A stretch of 64,000 nucleotides of DNA from Candidatus Krumholzibacteriia bacterium (GTDB lineage Bacteria > Krumholzibacteriota > Krumholzibacteriia > Krumholzibacteriales > Krumholzibacteriaceae). The stretch is taken from positions 1,984,001 to 2,048,000 of the forward strand of contig CAWIIQ010000001.1 in the NCBI GenBank assembly GCA_963836185.1, read 5' to 3'. Below the pieces are notes generated by a model. It worked only from the letters and a program-made list of their open reading frames with translations, was not told the origin of the DNA and made no database searches. Shown one piece after another: positions 10,536 to 20,162 of this stretch; within the stretch, counting starts at the first letter, position 1; every line of letters starts with the position of its first letter. Made by a program: the position numbers and the translations under genes.

Positions 10536-11726
10536 TTACGAATAGTCGCTTACGAAGCTCTCGAACCTGTCGAGAGCCGCCGTCAGCGTTTCCTCACTCG
10601 CAGCGAACGAGAAGCGGATCATATTATCGAGCCCGAACGGCCCGCCCGGGATCACGAGCAGACCCTTCTCCTTGAGGAGCTTCTCGCAGAACTCGGCACT
10701 GCCGCTCACCCCGCATGCAGGATAGAGCGACGAGACGTCGGTAAGGAAATAGAATGCGCCGCCCGGTTCGGGAAAGCTGATCCCGGGAATCGCGGCGAGG
10801 CGCTCTCCGAACATCTTCTTGCGCTTCTCGAATTCATCGCGCATGCGATCGCGGTCGGCAGCGCCTTTTTTAACCGCCTCGAGGGCCGCGATCTGGGAAA
10901 TCGCGTTGGGGCATCCCGTCGCGTGTGCCTGGTACGCTCCCATCCTGAAGGCGAGGTCTTCTTCTGCCAGAGCAAAACCTATCCTCCAGCCCGTCATCGC
11001 GTAACTTTTCGAGACCCCGGTGACTACGACCGCCTGATCCTTCAGGGCCGGCAGCAGCTTGACAGGGGAGTGATGCTCTACTCCATCGAATGTCAGGAAC
11101 TCGTATATCTCATCGCTTATCAGCGCGATCCCCTCTTCGAGCAGGACATTGCCGATAGCGGTAAGTTCTTCCTTAGTGTAAACGATCCCAGCCGGATTGT
11201 TAGGCGAGTTGAAAAGGAGCGCCTTCGGCTTTCCCTTCGCGATCTCTTCCTTCAGCATCTCTACTGTCATCTTGTAGCCGGTACCGGCGTCTGTCTCGAC
11301 GATCCTGGGCACTGCCCCGACGAGCTTTACCATCTCGGGATAGCTGACCCAGTATGGCGTGACGAACATCACCTCGTCGCCCGGATCCGTGAGGGCGTAA
11401 AGAGCGTTGAAGATAGAATGCTTCGCGCCGTGCGAGATGACTACGTTCTTCCACTGGTAATCGACGCCCAGGATCCCGGAATACTCGGCTGCTACAGCCT
11501 CGCGAAGCGGCTTTATCCCTGCCGCGGGTGTGTAGCGGGTCTTTCCTTCCCTGATAGCCCTGATACCGGCCTCTTTTATCACATCCGGCGTCTCGAAATC
11601 AGGTTCTCCGGCGGCCAGCCCTACGACGTCCTCGCCCGCTTCCTTCAGGGCGTTAGCCTTCGTATTGAGGCTCAGTGTGATCGAAGGTTCGATTCCGGCT
11701 GCTCTTTTACTGATAAATCCTGACAA
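10536..11726 (-). CDS. PLP-dependent class I aminotransferase (aspartate aminotransferase-like)
   Basis: GEPDF, NSPNNPAG, SDEIY and SKSYAMTGWRIG motifs. Confidence 0.93.
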   Translation of the reverse strand: MSGFISKRAAGIEPSITLSLNTKANALKEAGEDVVGLAAGEPDFETPDVIKEAGIRAIREGKTRYTPAAGIKPLREAVAAEYSGILGVDYQWKNVVISHGAKHSIFNALYALTDPGDEVMFVTPYWVSYPEMVKLVGAVPRIVETDAGTGYKMTVEMLKEEIAKGKPKALLFNSPNNPAGIVYTKEELTAIGNVLLEEGIALISDEIYEFLTFDGVEHHSPVKLLPALKDQAVVVTGVSKSYAMTGWRIGFALAEEDLAFRMGAYQAHATGCPNAISQIAALEAVKKGAADRDRMRDEFEKRKKMFGERLAAIPGISFPEPGGAFYFLTDVSSLYPACGVSGSAEFCEKLLKEKGLLVIPGGPFGLDNMIRFSFAASEETLTAALDRFESFVSDYS

Positions 11727-11742
11727 GAGGTCCCTCCCGGTG

Positions 11743-12237
11743 TTACCCGCTCTGTAGCGGTTTCCACTCTTCCAGTCTCTTTACCATCGCTTCCGGAACG
11801 AGGCAGGTGATATCTCCGCCGAGCCTGTAGATCTCCTTTACAAGCGAACTGTGCAGGTAGATATACTTCTCGCTCGGCATGAGAAAAACGGTCTCGAATT
11901 CCGGCTGAAGCTTCCTGTTCATAAGAGCGATCATCAGCTCGTACTCGAAGTCCGAAACTGCCCGAAGGCCCCTGATGACCACGTCCACATCCCTTTTCCT
12001 GAATTCGTCGACGAGCAGCCCCTCGAATGTGATGACCTCGACCTTTTCGATCCCGGCGAGGCTTTCCCTTACCCCCGTCTCGCGCTGCTCGAGGGTAAGC
12101 AGCGGATCCTTGTGATAGCCTGCCGCCACAGCCACGATGACCTTGTCGAAGAGTCTCGACATCCTTTTAACGAGATCTACGTGGCCGTTCGTGATCGGAT
12201 CGAATGTACCCGGATAAAGGGCTGTCTTTCCTTTCAC
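11743..12237 (-). CDS. coaD: Phosphopantetheine adenylyltransferase
   Basis: YPGTFDPITNGH and RGLRAVSDFEYE motifs. Confidence 0.97.
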   Translation of the reverse strand: MKGKTALYPGTFDPITNGHVDLVKRMSRLFDKVIVAVAAGYHKDPLLTLEQRETGVRESLAGIEKVEVITFEGLLVDEFRKRDVDVVIRGLRAVSDFEYELMIALMNRKLQPEFETVFLMPSEKYIYLHSSLVKEIYRLGGDITCLVPEAMVKRLEEWKPLQSG

Positions 12238-12794
12238 TACTTTCCCTCCGCTTTATATTCAAGATAAGTGACTATCGTCTGTCCGAATTTCCTCGTCCTT
12301 ACCTTTTCGAGGGAGCCTTCCGGCGGGATATCATATTCCTCGCCGCTCTCCGTTATAAGAAGATCGCAGACCTTCCTCTTAGCTGAGCTTATCGCGATGG
12401 CGATCTCGCGCGAGAGGCTTGAAGCGTAAGGCGGATCGGCGAAGATGATCTCGAATGTCTTTTTCGACCGGATAACGCGCTCGAGGTATTTCATCGCGTC
12501 GCCCCTGACCATCTCGGCCTGATCGGCGACCTTGCACCTGTCGAGGTTGGTCTTGAGCGCCCTGAGGATCTTCGGGTCCTGCTCTACGAAGACGGCGCTT
12601 GCCGCTCCCCTGCTGAGAGCCTCTATACCTATCGAGCCTGAACCGGCAAAAAGATCGAGGACGGCGGCATCCTGCACCCTGCCGTACAGGGTATCGAATA
12701 CCGAGCCCTTGACGACCTGCGCCGTCGGTCTGAACTGGGGTCCGTGACCGCCCCTCAGGGCGATGCCCCTGCATCTGCCGGCTATTACTCTCAT
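12237..12794 (-). CDS. rsmD: 16S rRNA (guanine966-N2) methyltransferase
   Basis: MRVIAG, LDLFAGSGSIGIEALSRGA and DPPY motifs; typical rsmD-coaD pair. Confidence 0.95.
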   Translation of the reverse strand: MRVIAGRCRGIALRGGHGPQFRPTAQVVKGSVFDTLYGRVQDAAVLDLFAGSGSIGIEALSRGAASAVFVEQDPKILRALKTNLDRCKVADQAEMVRGDAMKYLERVIRSKKTFEIIFADPPYASSLSREIAIAISSAKRKVCDLLITESGEEYDIPPEGSLEKVRTRKFGQTIVTYLEYKAEGK

Positions 12795-12862
12795 AAGGCA
12801 ATTCAGGATAAATAATCAGAGGGCGGGCGGCAAGGAAAAAGGGGTCTCAGGCTGGAATGGAC

Positions 12863-12900
12863 AAAAAAAGCCCCCGGGGGTCAGGGAAACACCCGGGGGC
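12863..12900 (-). terminator. Intrinsic terminator after pilQ
   Basis: GCCCCCGGG/CCCGGGGGC stem followed by T7 on the minus strand. Confidence 0.85.
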
Positions 12901-12925
12901 GCGACGTGCTAGTGGAGGGGCAAGA

Positions 12926-14821
12926 TTATTCCACTATCGTCGGGGTTACAAAGATCACGAGTTCCTGCTGCTTCGTCGTCTTCGATTTCGAAGAGAAGAA
13001 CCAGCCGATACCCGGAACATCCTTGAGAATGGGAACACCGCTGATGTACTCGCTCTCGATCTCCTTGATCAGTCCACCGATCACAGCCGTCTCTCCGTCA
13101 CCTACTATTACCCTGGTGTCGGCTTCGGATGTAGCGATGATCACTCCGCCCTGGGCCGTAGCCTCGGACTGGAGGTCGCTGACCTCGGGATGCATGTCGA
13201 GTGTGATTGTCCGGTCGGCGTTCACGTGAGGGATGACCCTGAGCATGATACCGATCTTGGTAAGCTCGGTGATCGGGTTACCAGCCTCATCCGCTACGAT
13301 AAGAGGGATCTCCTTACCGACCAGGATGCTCGCTTCGCGGTTATCCATCGTGGTTATCCGCGGGTTTGAGATAAGACTCGCCTTGTTGCTCTTCTCGAGA
13401 GCCTTGAAGATGGCGGAGAACTCACCCCAGGACTGGATCGTCCCGACTGACAGCTGGGTAGCCGACTGCGCAATATTCGATGTCACGGCGGCGTTTCCTA
13501 CCGCGTCCAGGGTGGACGAGGACAGGTTCATCAGTGCCCAGTCGATTCCGAGCTCTCTCGAGGCCTCGACATCGATCTCAACGAGCTTGGCGTTGATATC
13601 GACCTGGTAGGTCCTCTTGTCGAGCTCGCGCACCATTCCTTCTATCTTCTCTATGTTCTTTTCAATATCGTTGATGATAAGGGAGTTGCTTCCCTCGTCA
13701 ACGGCGATCATTCCGCGCTGGCTCACTATGTTCTCGAGCGCCATGCGCAGTTCCTCGGCATTGGAGTTGTTGACGAAGATGATCTTGGTCACGAGAGGCA
13801 GGAGATCGTCCTGCTTCCTCTCGGCCGTCTTCTGGTCCAGTTCCTCTTTCATCAGGGCCGTCATCTCGGCAACCCTGATCATGCCGAACTCCTCGCGATA
13901 GCCGTAGCCATACGCCTTGAGAAGGATATCAAGCGCCTCTTCCCACGGCGTGTCCTTGATATGGACGTAGACCTCGCCCTCGACATCCGCGCCGGAGACG
14001 ATATTCACACCTGAGAAATCCGAGATCGTACGAAGGACCGTCTTGATGTCCGCGCCCTGCGCGTCCAGTGTGATCTTCCGCTGGCCCATGGCAAGGCCGC
14101 CGCCCGCGGCAGGCGCGCCACGCACGTAGTTCTGGGTCCAGTCGGTCGTCGTTTTGGCCCTGGCCGCTCTCTCGGGAGCAGAGTTGATCTCGGGCTTGAC
14201 TTCTTCCGGCTCGACCTTGACCCACGGATCCTCTTCCTTGGGCTCTTCGTTCTTCTTCTCGGTCTGCTGCACGGTGACCGGCTTCTCTTCAGGAGTAGTC
14301 ATCGGCAGGACGGGACCCATCTCGGCCCCTGCGATCAGCATTTTCTTCGGCTCAGCGGGAGCCGGTTTCGCGACAGGCTTGACCTCGAGGGTCGGAGCGG
14401 CGTCGGCTGACGCTGTCTGGACCGTTCCCCGGGGCGTAAGCTCGACGATCTGGAAATCGCCGTCGTCATATATCTTCCAGTCGACCTTCGTCTTCAGGTC
14501 GACGACGACCCTGCTGATCAGCGTCGGATCGTTCTGATACTGGCTTGTTCTGACATTTCTGACTATTCCGTTTTCCGGATAATCCTCGACGTTTCTAACG
14601 TCATACATTGCGCCTAAGCAATCCACTACGAGCCTGTCAGGATCGCTCATAGTGAAGGCCTTGAACTGGATGTCCCCGACCTTGCTTATCTCGAGCCTGA
14701 CCTTTTCACCCTCTGGAACGACCTTAACGCCGTTGATCTCTGATACAGCGGCGAGACCGAGACCGGGCAGGACAAGACCCGCGATGATTACCAGGGCGAA
14801 TCTGCGGATACTCATCATCAT
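12926..14821 (-). CDS. pilQ: Type IV pilus secretin with AMIN domain
   Basis: Signal peptide, AMIN motif (PDRLVVD, RVVVDL), N domains and secretin C-terminus (GETAVIGGL, GVPILKDVPGIGWFF, ELVIFVTP). Last gene of pilMNOPQ. Confidence 0.95.
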   Translation of the reverse strand: MMMSIRRFALVIIAGLVLPGLGLAAVSEINGVKVVPEGEKVRLEISKVGDIQFKAFTMSDPDRLVVDCLGAMYDVRNVEDYPENGIVRNVRTSQYQNDPTLISRVVVDLKTKVDWKIYDDGDFQIVELTPRGTVQTASADAAPTLEVKPVAKPAPAEPKKMLIAGAEMGPVLPMTTPEEKPVTVQQTEKKNEEPKEEDPWVKVEPEEVKPEINSAPERAARAKTTTDWTQNYVRGAPAAGGGLAMGQRKITLDAQGADIKTVLRTISDFSGVNIVSGADVEGEVYVHIKDTPWEEALDILLKAYGYGYREEFGMIRVAEMTALMKEELDQKTAERKQDDLLPLVTKIIFVNNSNAEELRMALENIVSQRGMIAVDEGSNSLIINDIEKNIEKIEGMVRELDKRTYQVDINAKLVEIDVEASRELGIDWALMNLSSSTLDAVGNAAVTSNIAQSATQLSVGTIQSWGEFSAIFKALEKSNKASLISNPRITTMDNREASILVGKEIPLIVADEAGNPITELTKIGIMLRVIPHVNADRTITLDMHPEVSDLQSEATAQGGVIIATSEADTRVIVGDGETAVIGGLIKEIESEYISGVPILKDVPGIGWFFSSKSKTTKQQELVIFVTPTIVE

Positions 14822-15285
14822 GATTCTCCTTTGCTCTTACTACTGCCCTCTATATTGAGGGTTACACTGGTCGTCTGTCCGAACATCGAGATCCTCGCGA
14901 CTACCGACCGTTCACCGACGGAAACAACGCTTCCGTTGCGGACCGGGTCGCCGGCCTTGAGGATATAGGCAAATCCATTGCTGTCCTCGAGCATCGCGTA
15001 CTTATCCATGCCGCCGGAAAGGATTCCGACGAGTGACACGGCGTTGATATCGACGAGCTCGAACTCAGACTGCTCGTATTCTCCGACGATGAGGCTCTGG
15101 AAAGGGTCTCTCCGGTTGAACGCCTGGTAGTAATACCTCTTCTCGCGGATGATCTTGCCTTCCTCAGTCTTCCCATCCTGCGCGAGGACCATGGAGACCG
15201 GTAAGGCGGAAAGGAGAAGAGCGGCGCCCGTAAACATCCAGATCGCCTTCCAGGCTTTCTTATGAACTCTTCTTGACGCTCTCAT
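14818..15285 (-). CDS. pilP: Type IV pilus assembly protein PilP-like
   Basis: RRDPF motif, LVGIL...AMLED...LKAGD; lies between pilO and pilQ. Confidence 0.8.
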   Translation of the reverse strand: MRASRRVHKKAWKAIWMFTGAALLLSALPVSMVLAQDGKTEEGKIIREKRYYYQAFNRRDPFQSLIVGEYEQSEFELVDINAVSLVGILSGGMDKYAMLEDSNGFAYILKAGDPVRNGSVVSVGERSVVARISMFGQTTSVTLNIEGSSKSKGES

Positions 15286-15865
15286 CTGTCACCTCCCCAC
15301 TTTTGTTCATCGTGAACGCGGTCATGGTCATCACGGCTTCAACGGTGAACCCGGCGCTGTCCTTTTCCTTGTAGGGCTGCACATTGAGGTCGGTCACATT
15401 TATGATCCTGTCGAGGTTTGCCACCTTCGAAAGGAATACTCCGACCTCGTGATATTCGCCCCGGACCTTCACCTTGACGGGATTCTCCGTTATGAATTCC
15501 TTGCTTACAGGAAGCTGCGGCTCGAAGAGCTCGAACTGGATGCCTGCCTGGCTTCCGGCCCGTGTCACCTTGCGAAGCAGCTGCGCCACTTCCTTGTCCA
15601 GAGGAAGAAGGCTCTGCGCGGCGACCCACTTCTCATGAAGCCGCTCGTACTCTTCCTCGAGTCTTGCAAGACTGTTCACTGTCTTCCTGGCTTTCTCCAG
15701 CTCCGCGCTTATCTTGTCGTACTCGGAATCGAGCACAGTGACACGCGCCTTCTGCGGCTGAAAGAAGAAAGGCATGAAAGACGTGAAGAAGTACACGTAC
15801 CCGACTATGACGAGGAGTATCGCCACAATCAGTGTCTTCTGTACCTTGGGATCCTTAAAATCCAT
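15260..15865 (-). CDS. pilO: Type IV pilus assembly protein PilO
   Basis: N-terminal TM, coiled coil, LP...GEYHEVGVFLSKVANLDRII. Confidence 0.9.
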   Translation of the reverse strand: MDFKDPKVQKTLIVAILLVIVGYVYFFTSFMPFFFQPQKARVTVLDSEYDKISAELEKARKTVNSLARLEEEYERLHEKWVAAQSLLPLDKEVAQLLRKVTRAGSQAGIQFELFEPQLPVSKEFITENPVKVKVRGEYHEVGVFLSKVANLDRIINVTDLNVQPYKEKDSAGFTVEAVMTMTAFTMNKSGEVTDESVKKSS

Positions 15866-15882
15866 TCCTCTACCTCTCTTCC

Positions 15883-16437
15883 CTACTGAGGCATCACATT
15901 GGCGCTCAGGCTGAATTTCATCACTTCACGCTTCTTGATCTGCCCCCGCTCCGCAACCTTCAGATCGACACTCGTCACGAGAGTCGAATTCTCCAGGTTG
16001 GACATCATGTCGGCGACTGTGAAGTTGGAAAACGTTATTCCATCTATTGAGAAATTATTCGGTGACTGCTCCTTGATCTCAGTCAGCCAGCAGTTGGCCG
16101 GCAGCTTGTAGCTGATATCGTTGAGCAGCTTCACACGGTAGTACCTGTGTCTGTCGAGCGAAGTGATGAGGCTGAGCCTTCTGTTGACTTCCTCGCGCTC
16201 TTTCGTGATCTGCTTGATCTTGGCCAGCTGGGGAGCGAGTTTCCTTGACTCCTCCTTGGCGACCTCGATCTTCTTCTCGAGGCTTCTGACCCTGTGCCGC
16301 TGGACCGTACTGGTCACTGCGATCGCGGCGACGAAGATAACGACCGCGGCTACAAGGTACACCGTCGACATCTCGGGAAGATGCAGTTCCTTTTTCTTGG
16401 CCCTGTCTTCCGCTGGAAGTAGATTGATCCGTATCAT
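15883..16437 (-). CDS. pilN: Type IV pilus assembly protein PilN
   Basis: MIRINLLP motif, TM, coiled coil. Confidence 0.92.
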   Translation of the reverse strand: MIRINLLPAEDRAKKKELHLPEMSTVYLVAAVVIFVAAIAVTSTVQRHRVRSLEKKIEVAKEESRKLAPQLAKIKQITKEREEVNRRLSLITSLDRHRYYRVKLLNDISYKLPANCWLTEIKEQSPNNFSIDGITFSNFTVADMMSNLENSTLVTSVDLKVAERGQIKKREVMKFSLSANVMPQ

Positions 16438-17561
16438 TACTTGCCCGCCTTTCTCAGAGCGAGACCGATGCCGACAGTCAGCAGCGGCGCCAGGCTGTCG
16501 AGGTCCTCTTCGAATTCGCCGAATATGCCTTCATCCCATTCGACAGCGTCGAGAGGATTGTGTATGGAGAATTCCATTCCGTGCTTCTCGGAGAGGATCT
16601 CCCTGAGGTAAGGAATGTGCGCTCCGCCACCGCTCAACGCGGCCTCATCGATCTTCTCGGTATCGCCGGCCGCCTTCAGGAATGAAAGGCTTCGTTCGAT
16701 CCCGAGCGATAGATCATCGGAACGCTTCTTTATGATTTCCCTTATCTTCGAACCGTCCAGTTCACCTATATCACCGTGGACGACCTTCTGGGCCTCTTCG
16801 TAGTCGAGTCCGAGCTCCTTCTGGAGTGACTCGACGAACTGATCGGTGCCGACGCTGATGTCCCTGGTAAACTGCGGGCTGTCTCCCTGTATGATATTGA
16901 TGTTGGTGACATCGCTTCCGATGTTGATCAGGCCTATCACCTGCCTGTGACCTCTACCCGCCGGCTCATCGAATTCTTCATCGTCCGACTCATCCATGGA
17001 GCTCACCATGCCGTTCCTGCTCGACTCGAAGCAGTTCTGAACGGCGAACGAATCGACATCGATGATCTCCGGGTTGAGACCGGCGTCTCTTATCAGGCTG
17101 GCGTGGACATTGACCATGTCCTTCTTGGCCGCGACCAGCAGGACTTCCATCTGATTCGCTCCGATGTCGTCATTGAGGATCTGGAAATCAAGGCAGACAT
17201 CATCGATATCGAACGGTACGTGCTGCTCCGCCTCCCAGAAGATAGCCTCCTGCGCATCCTCGGGAGTCATCTTGTCCATGATGACTTTCTTGACGATGAC
17301 AGCGCGTCCCGACACAGCAGAGACGACACTATCCGTATCTATCCCCGACTGTTCAACGCACTCCATGATTCCATCGATCACCAGCCCCCTGTCCATGATC
17401 TCGCCCTCGACGATGGCCTCGGGCAGGAGCCTCGTGCAGCCGAAATGAACGATCTTCGGCATACCGCCGGAGTGATCGATCTCGACGATCTTGATCAGGC
17501 TCGAACCGATGTCGAGTCCGACAGTCGAGGATTTCTTGCTGAGAAATGGTAATGAGATCAT
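16437..17561 (-). CDS. pilM: Type IV pilus assembly protein PilM
   Basis: VGLDIGSSLIK, EAEQHVPFDID, LSGGGA and IGLALR motifs. Confidence 0.95.
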   Translation of the reverse strand: MISLPFLSKKSSTVGLDIGSSLIKIVEIDHSGGMPKIVHFGCTRLLPEAIVEGEIMDRGLVIDGIMECVEQSGIDTDSVVSAVSGRAVIVKKVIMDKMTPEDAQEAIFWEAEQHVPFDIDDVCLDFQILNDDIGANQMEVLLVAAKKDMVNVHASLIRDAGLNPEIIDVDSFAVQNCFESSRNGMVSSMDESDDEEFDEPAGRGHRQVIGLINIGSDVTNINIIQGDSPQFTRDISVGTDQFVESLQKELGLDYEEAQKVVHGDIGELDGSKIREIIKKRSDDLSLGIERSLSFLKAAGDTEKIDEAALSGGGAHIPYLREILSEKHGMEFSIHNPLDAVEWDEGIFGEFEEDLDSLAPLLTVGIGLALRKAGK

Positions 17562-17692
17562 TCTCGCACCAGCCTTTTAAAATTCCTCTCAACAGGGATG
17601 AACAGGACCGCGCCTGTCACCCCTTTCGGCGCATCTGTAGCGCCGGAACCAATTGAGATAAATCGATAGTTTCTTCCTCGAGTGCTCGATAA

Positions 17693-17708
17693 CGCAACAA
17701 ATGTGCCA
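17693..17708 (-). promoter_or_regulatory. Sigma-54 (-24/-12) promoter for pilMNOPQ
   Basis: Minus strand TGGCAC-ATTTG-TTGCG. Confidence 0.85.
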
Positions 17709-17948
17709 ACAGGACATTACCCCGGCACTGGTTAATTTACGTATTACCAGCATGTTACAAACACCTCTCCAGAACACTTATCTCGGCTCCCCCGGTAACT
17801 GCAATAAATCCATGCAATTCGCCTGAACCCCGCAATACCCGTGTAAACCACTATGGACGATTTTGAGGAAACAGCCGGATCATGGAGACAGGAGGTGTAA
17901 AACATTGTGTGGAGCCGGGATTTTCGATGAATAAAAACCCGGTCTGAC

Positions 17949-18713
17949 TCAAAAGCGGCCGAAATACCAGGCGAGCAGGGCCGGACCGAATACCATGCAA
18001 AATGCGGCTGCCGGGGCAAGAAACGACCCGAACGCAACCGCGGTCTGCCCGTCTCCTCCCCTGCGCATCAGCGAGATGCCGTATATCGAACCTAGCAGAG
18101 AGGCGATGACGATCACCGGCAGTATCAGCCCTATACCGAGAAAGGCACCTATCATCGCCATCAGTTTCACGTCGCCGCCACCCATGCCGTCCGCTTTCCT
18201 CACCTTCTTGTAGATAAATCCGACGAGCCAGAGGCTGCCGCCGCCGGCGAGAGCTCCCGCCGCGGAAGATATCAGGCTGAGATCCGGGTTGAAGAAGGAC
18301 CAGGCGAGCCCGGCTGCTATAAAGGAGAGGCTTATCTCGTCGGGTATGATGCGATGATCCCAGTCGATCATCGTTATCGCGAGCAACGCCATCAGGAACG
18401 CATACGCGAATCCGGCATTGACAAAGTCGCCGTATAGATGAACGGCCAGAACTGCGAGCATCCCGCCGAGCAGCTCGACCGCCGGGTAACGCGGGGATAT
18501 CGCCGCGCCGCAGCCGCGGCACTTTCCTCGAAGGATCAGCCAGCTCAGGACCGGGATGTTCTCGTACCAGGCGATCGTCTTCCCGCATCCCGGGCAGAAC
18601 GACCTCGGCTTGACCACCGACTTGCCGAGCGGCAGGCGATATATGACAACGTTTAGGAAACTGCCCACCATCAGGCCGAAGACGAAGGCCGGGATATCGA
18701 TAATCCAGTTCAT
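17949..18713 (-). CDS. pilD: Prepilin peptidase/N-methyltransferase
   Basis: GSFLNVVIYRLP, two CxxC pairs, GMGGGDVKL. Confidence 0.96.
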   Translation of the reverse strand: MNWIIDIPAFVFGLMVGSFLNVVIYRLPLGKSVVKPRSFCPGCGKTIAWYENIPVLSWLILRGKCRGCGAAISPRYPAVELLGGMLAVLAVHLYGDFVNAGFAYAFLMALLAITMIDWDHRIIPDEISLSFIAAGLAWSFFNPDLSLISSAAGALAGGGSLWLVGFIYKKVRKADGMGGGDVKLMAMIGAFLGIGLILPVIVIASLLGSIYGISLMRRGGDGQTAVAFGSFLAPAAAFCMVFGPALLAWYFGRF

Positions 18714-19390
18714 ATCGCTCCTCTTTCCTGATGCTTACCCTGCGCTTCGAGTTTCTCGATATATCTCTCGGCCAGCTCACGGATGTGCTTGCTGTCCGAA
18801 TTTTCAGCCAATTCTCTCCATAGAGCTATGCTCGCTTCGACATTGCCACCCTTTGACGCCGCATCAGCGGCAAACCTGGCTGCCCTGCTGCCATCCGTGT
18901 TGGGGATGGTAGCCGCCACGCGGAAGTACTTCTCGGCTTCCCTGTAATCCCTGCCCGCGAAATAGTGGAGGAATCCCATCTCGAAGGTGAGCCAGTAATC
19001 GTCCGGGTTGTTTTTCAGGCCCTTTTCCATCAGGTTCTTCGCCGCTGCGAAATTACCCAGGTCCTCCGTTATCACGAGAGCGCTCAGCTTGTATGCGCCG
19101 AGAAAATTCGGGTCGAGGTCGGTTATCATCTCGGCGAGGTGATTGAAAAGGTGAATATCGTTCTGGCTGAGCCTGTACCCTCCGTAATACTGCACGGCCT
19201 TGAACCAGTAGAGGTCGGCGGCCAGTTCCCTGTACCCCAGGGACGCGAACTTCATGAAATCACTCGAAGGGAGATACGAGACCTCGTTGTTTGCCTTGCC
19301 CTCGAGGACAGGCTCGACCATATTCGCGAGGAACACGATAGCGGAGATAGCCGCGGCGAAGAAGAATATCCTGGCAAGTCTGCGTATCAT
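18710..19390 (-). CDS. Membrane-anchored TPR protein of the pilin-associated ABC module
   Basis: N-terminal TM and TPR-like helices; tightly coupled to the permease and overlapping pilD. Confidence 0.7.
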   Translation of the reverse strand: MIRRLARIFFFAAAISAIVFLANMVEPVLEGKANNEVSYLPSSDFMKFASLGYRELAADLYWFKAVQYYGGYRLSQNDIHLFNHLAEMITDLDPNFLGAYKLSALVITEDLGNFAAAKNLMEKGLKNNPDDYWLTFEMGFLHYFAGRDYREAEKYFRVAATIPNTDGSRAARFAADAASKGGNVEASIALWRELAENSDSKHIRELAERYIEKLEAQGKHQERGAI

Positions 19391-19391
19391 C

Positions 19392-20162
19392 TCAGCTGAA
19401 CTCCCTGCGCCTGAATACGAGCCATGCGAAATAGAGCATTGCGGCCGTATATACTATCCCGTACGCGGCGGGCAGGAGGATCTCGACGGACGAGTACCTG
19501 AGCCCGTGAACCGCTTCGTGACGGAGATTAAAGACCTTAAGATTTGGAAGAGTGAAATAGATCGCGTCCATCACGTGATTCATCATCTTCCCGCCGAACT
19601 TCTGGGCGAAGAGTCTCAGGTCGCCGCTCAGGCTCCCCGCAACGAATATGCATATCGTAAAGAACGAAGTCAGAAGAGGCGTCGTGAATGTGCTGAAAAA
19701 TATCATCACTGCGATTATCAATCCTATCTCGATCAGGGACAGGCCGATCGCCATGAAGACCACAGGGGTAAGCGATGCCCCGCCTACGAGCATCATCACT
19801 ACGAGGACAGATGTCATGATCCCGATAAGGACCAGAAGGGACAGGGCGACCCCGCTGAATTTGCCGATAAGATACTCGGCCCGCGACACTGGCCTCGTGA
19901 GCACCATAAGGACGGCCTTCTTGTCCACTTCCTTGTGAACGAGGCTGCTGCCTACGATTATCGCCGTCAGAATCCCCAGGATCGAGATTCCAGCCAGCCC
20001 GACATCTGTCACGATCTTTCCCTTTGCCGCTCCGACAGAAAGAGGAGAGAGTATGAACACGCTGACGATGAGAGCCAGCGCGTATATGATCACAAGGTAC
20101 AGTAGCTTCTCCCTGACCGATTCCCTGAAGGTGTTCAGCGCGACGCTCATAATCTTCCTCAC
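19392..20162 (-). CDS. ABC-2 type permease (PilI-like)
   Basis: Multiple TM helices, KEVDKK...LTRPVSRAEYLIGKFSG. Confidence 0.85.
   Translation of the reverse strand: MRKIMSVALNTFRESVREKLLYLVIIYALALIVSVFILSPLSVGAAKGKIVTDVGLAGISILGILTAIIVGSSLVHKEVDKKAVLMVLTRPVSRAEYLIGKFSGVALSLLVLIGIMTSVLVVMMLVGGASLTPVVFMAIGLSLIEIGLIIAVMIFFSTFTTPLLTSFFTICIFVAGSLSGDLRLFAQKFGGKMMNHVMDAIYFTLPNLKVFNLRHEAVHGLRYSSVEILLPAAYGIVYTAAMLYFAWLVFRRREFS

Noticed and set aside
17562-17685. Cyclic-dinucleotide riboswitch in the pilM leader
   Set aside because: It has GGCGC/GCGCC pairings and a GAAA, but lacks the GGCAAA...GACGCAAAG core and second stem, so it cannot be supported without an Rfam scan.
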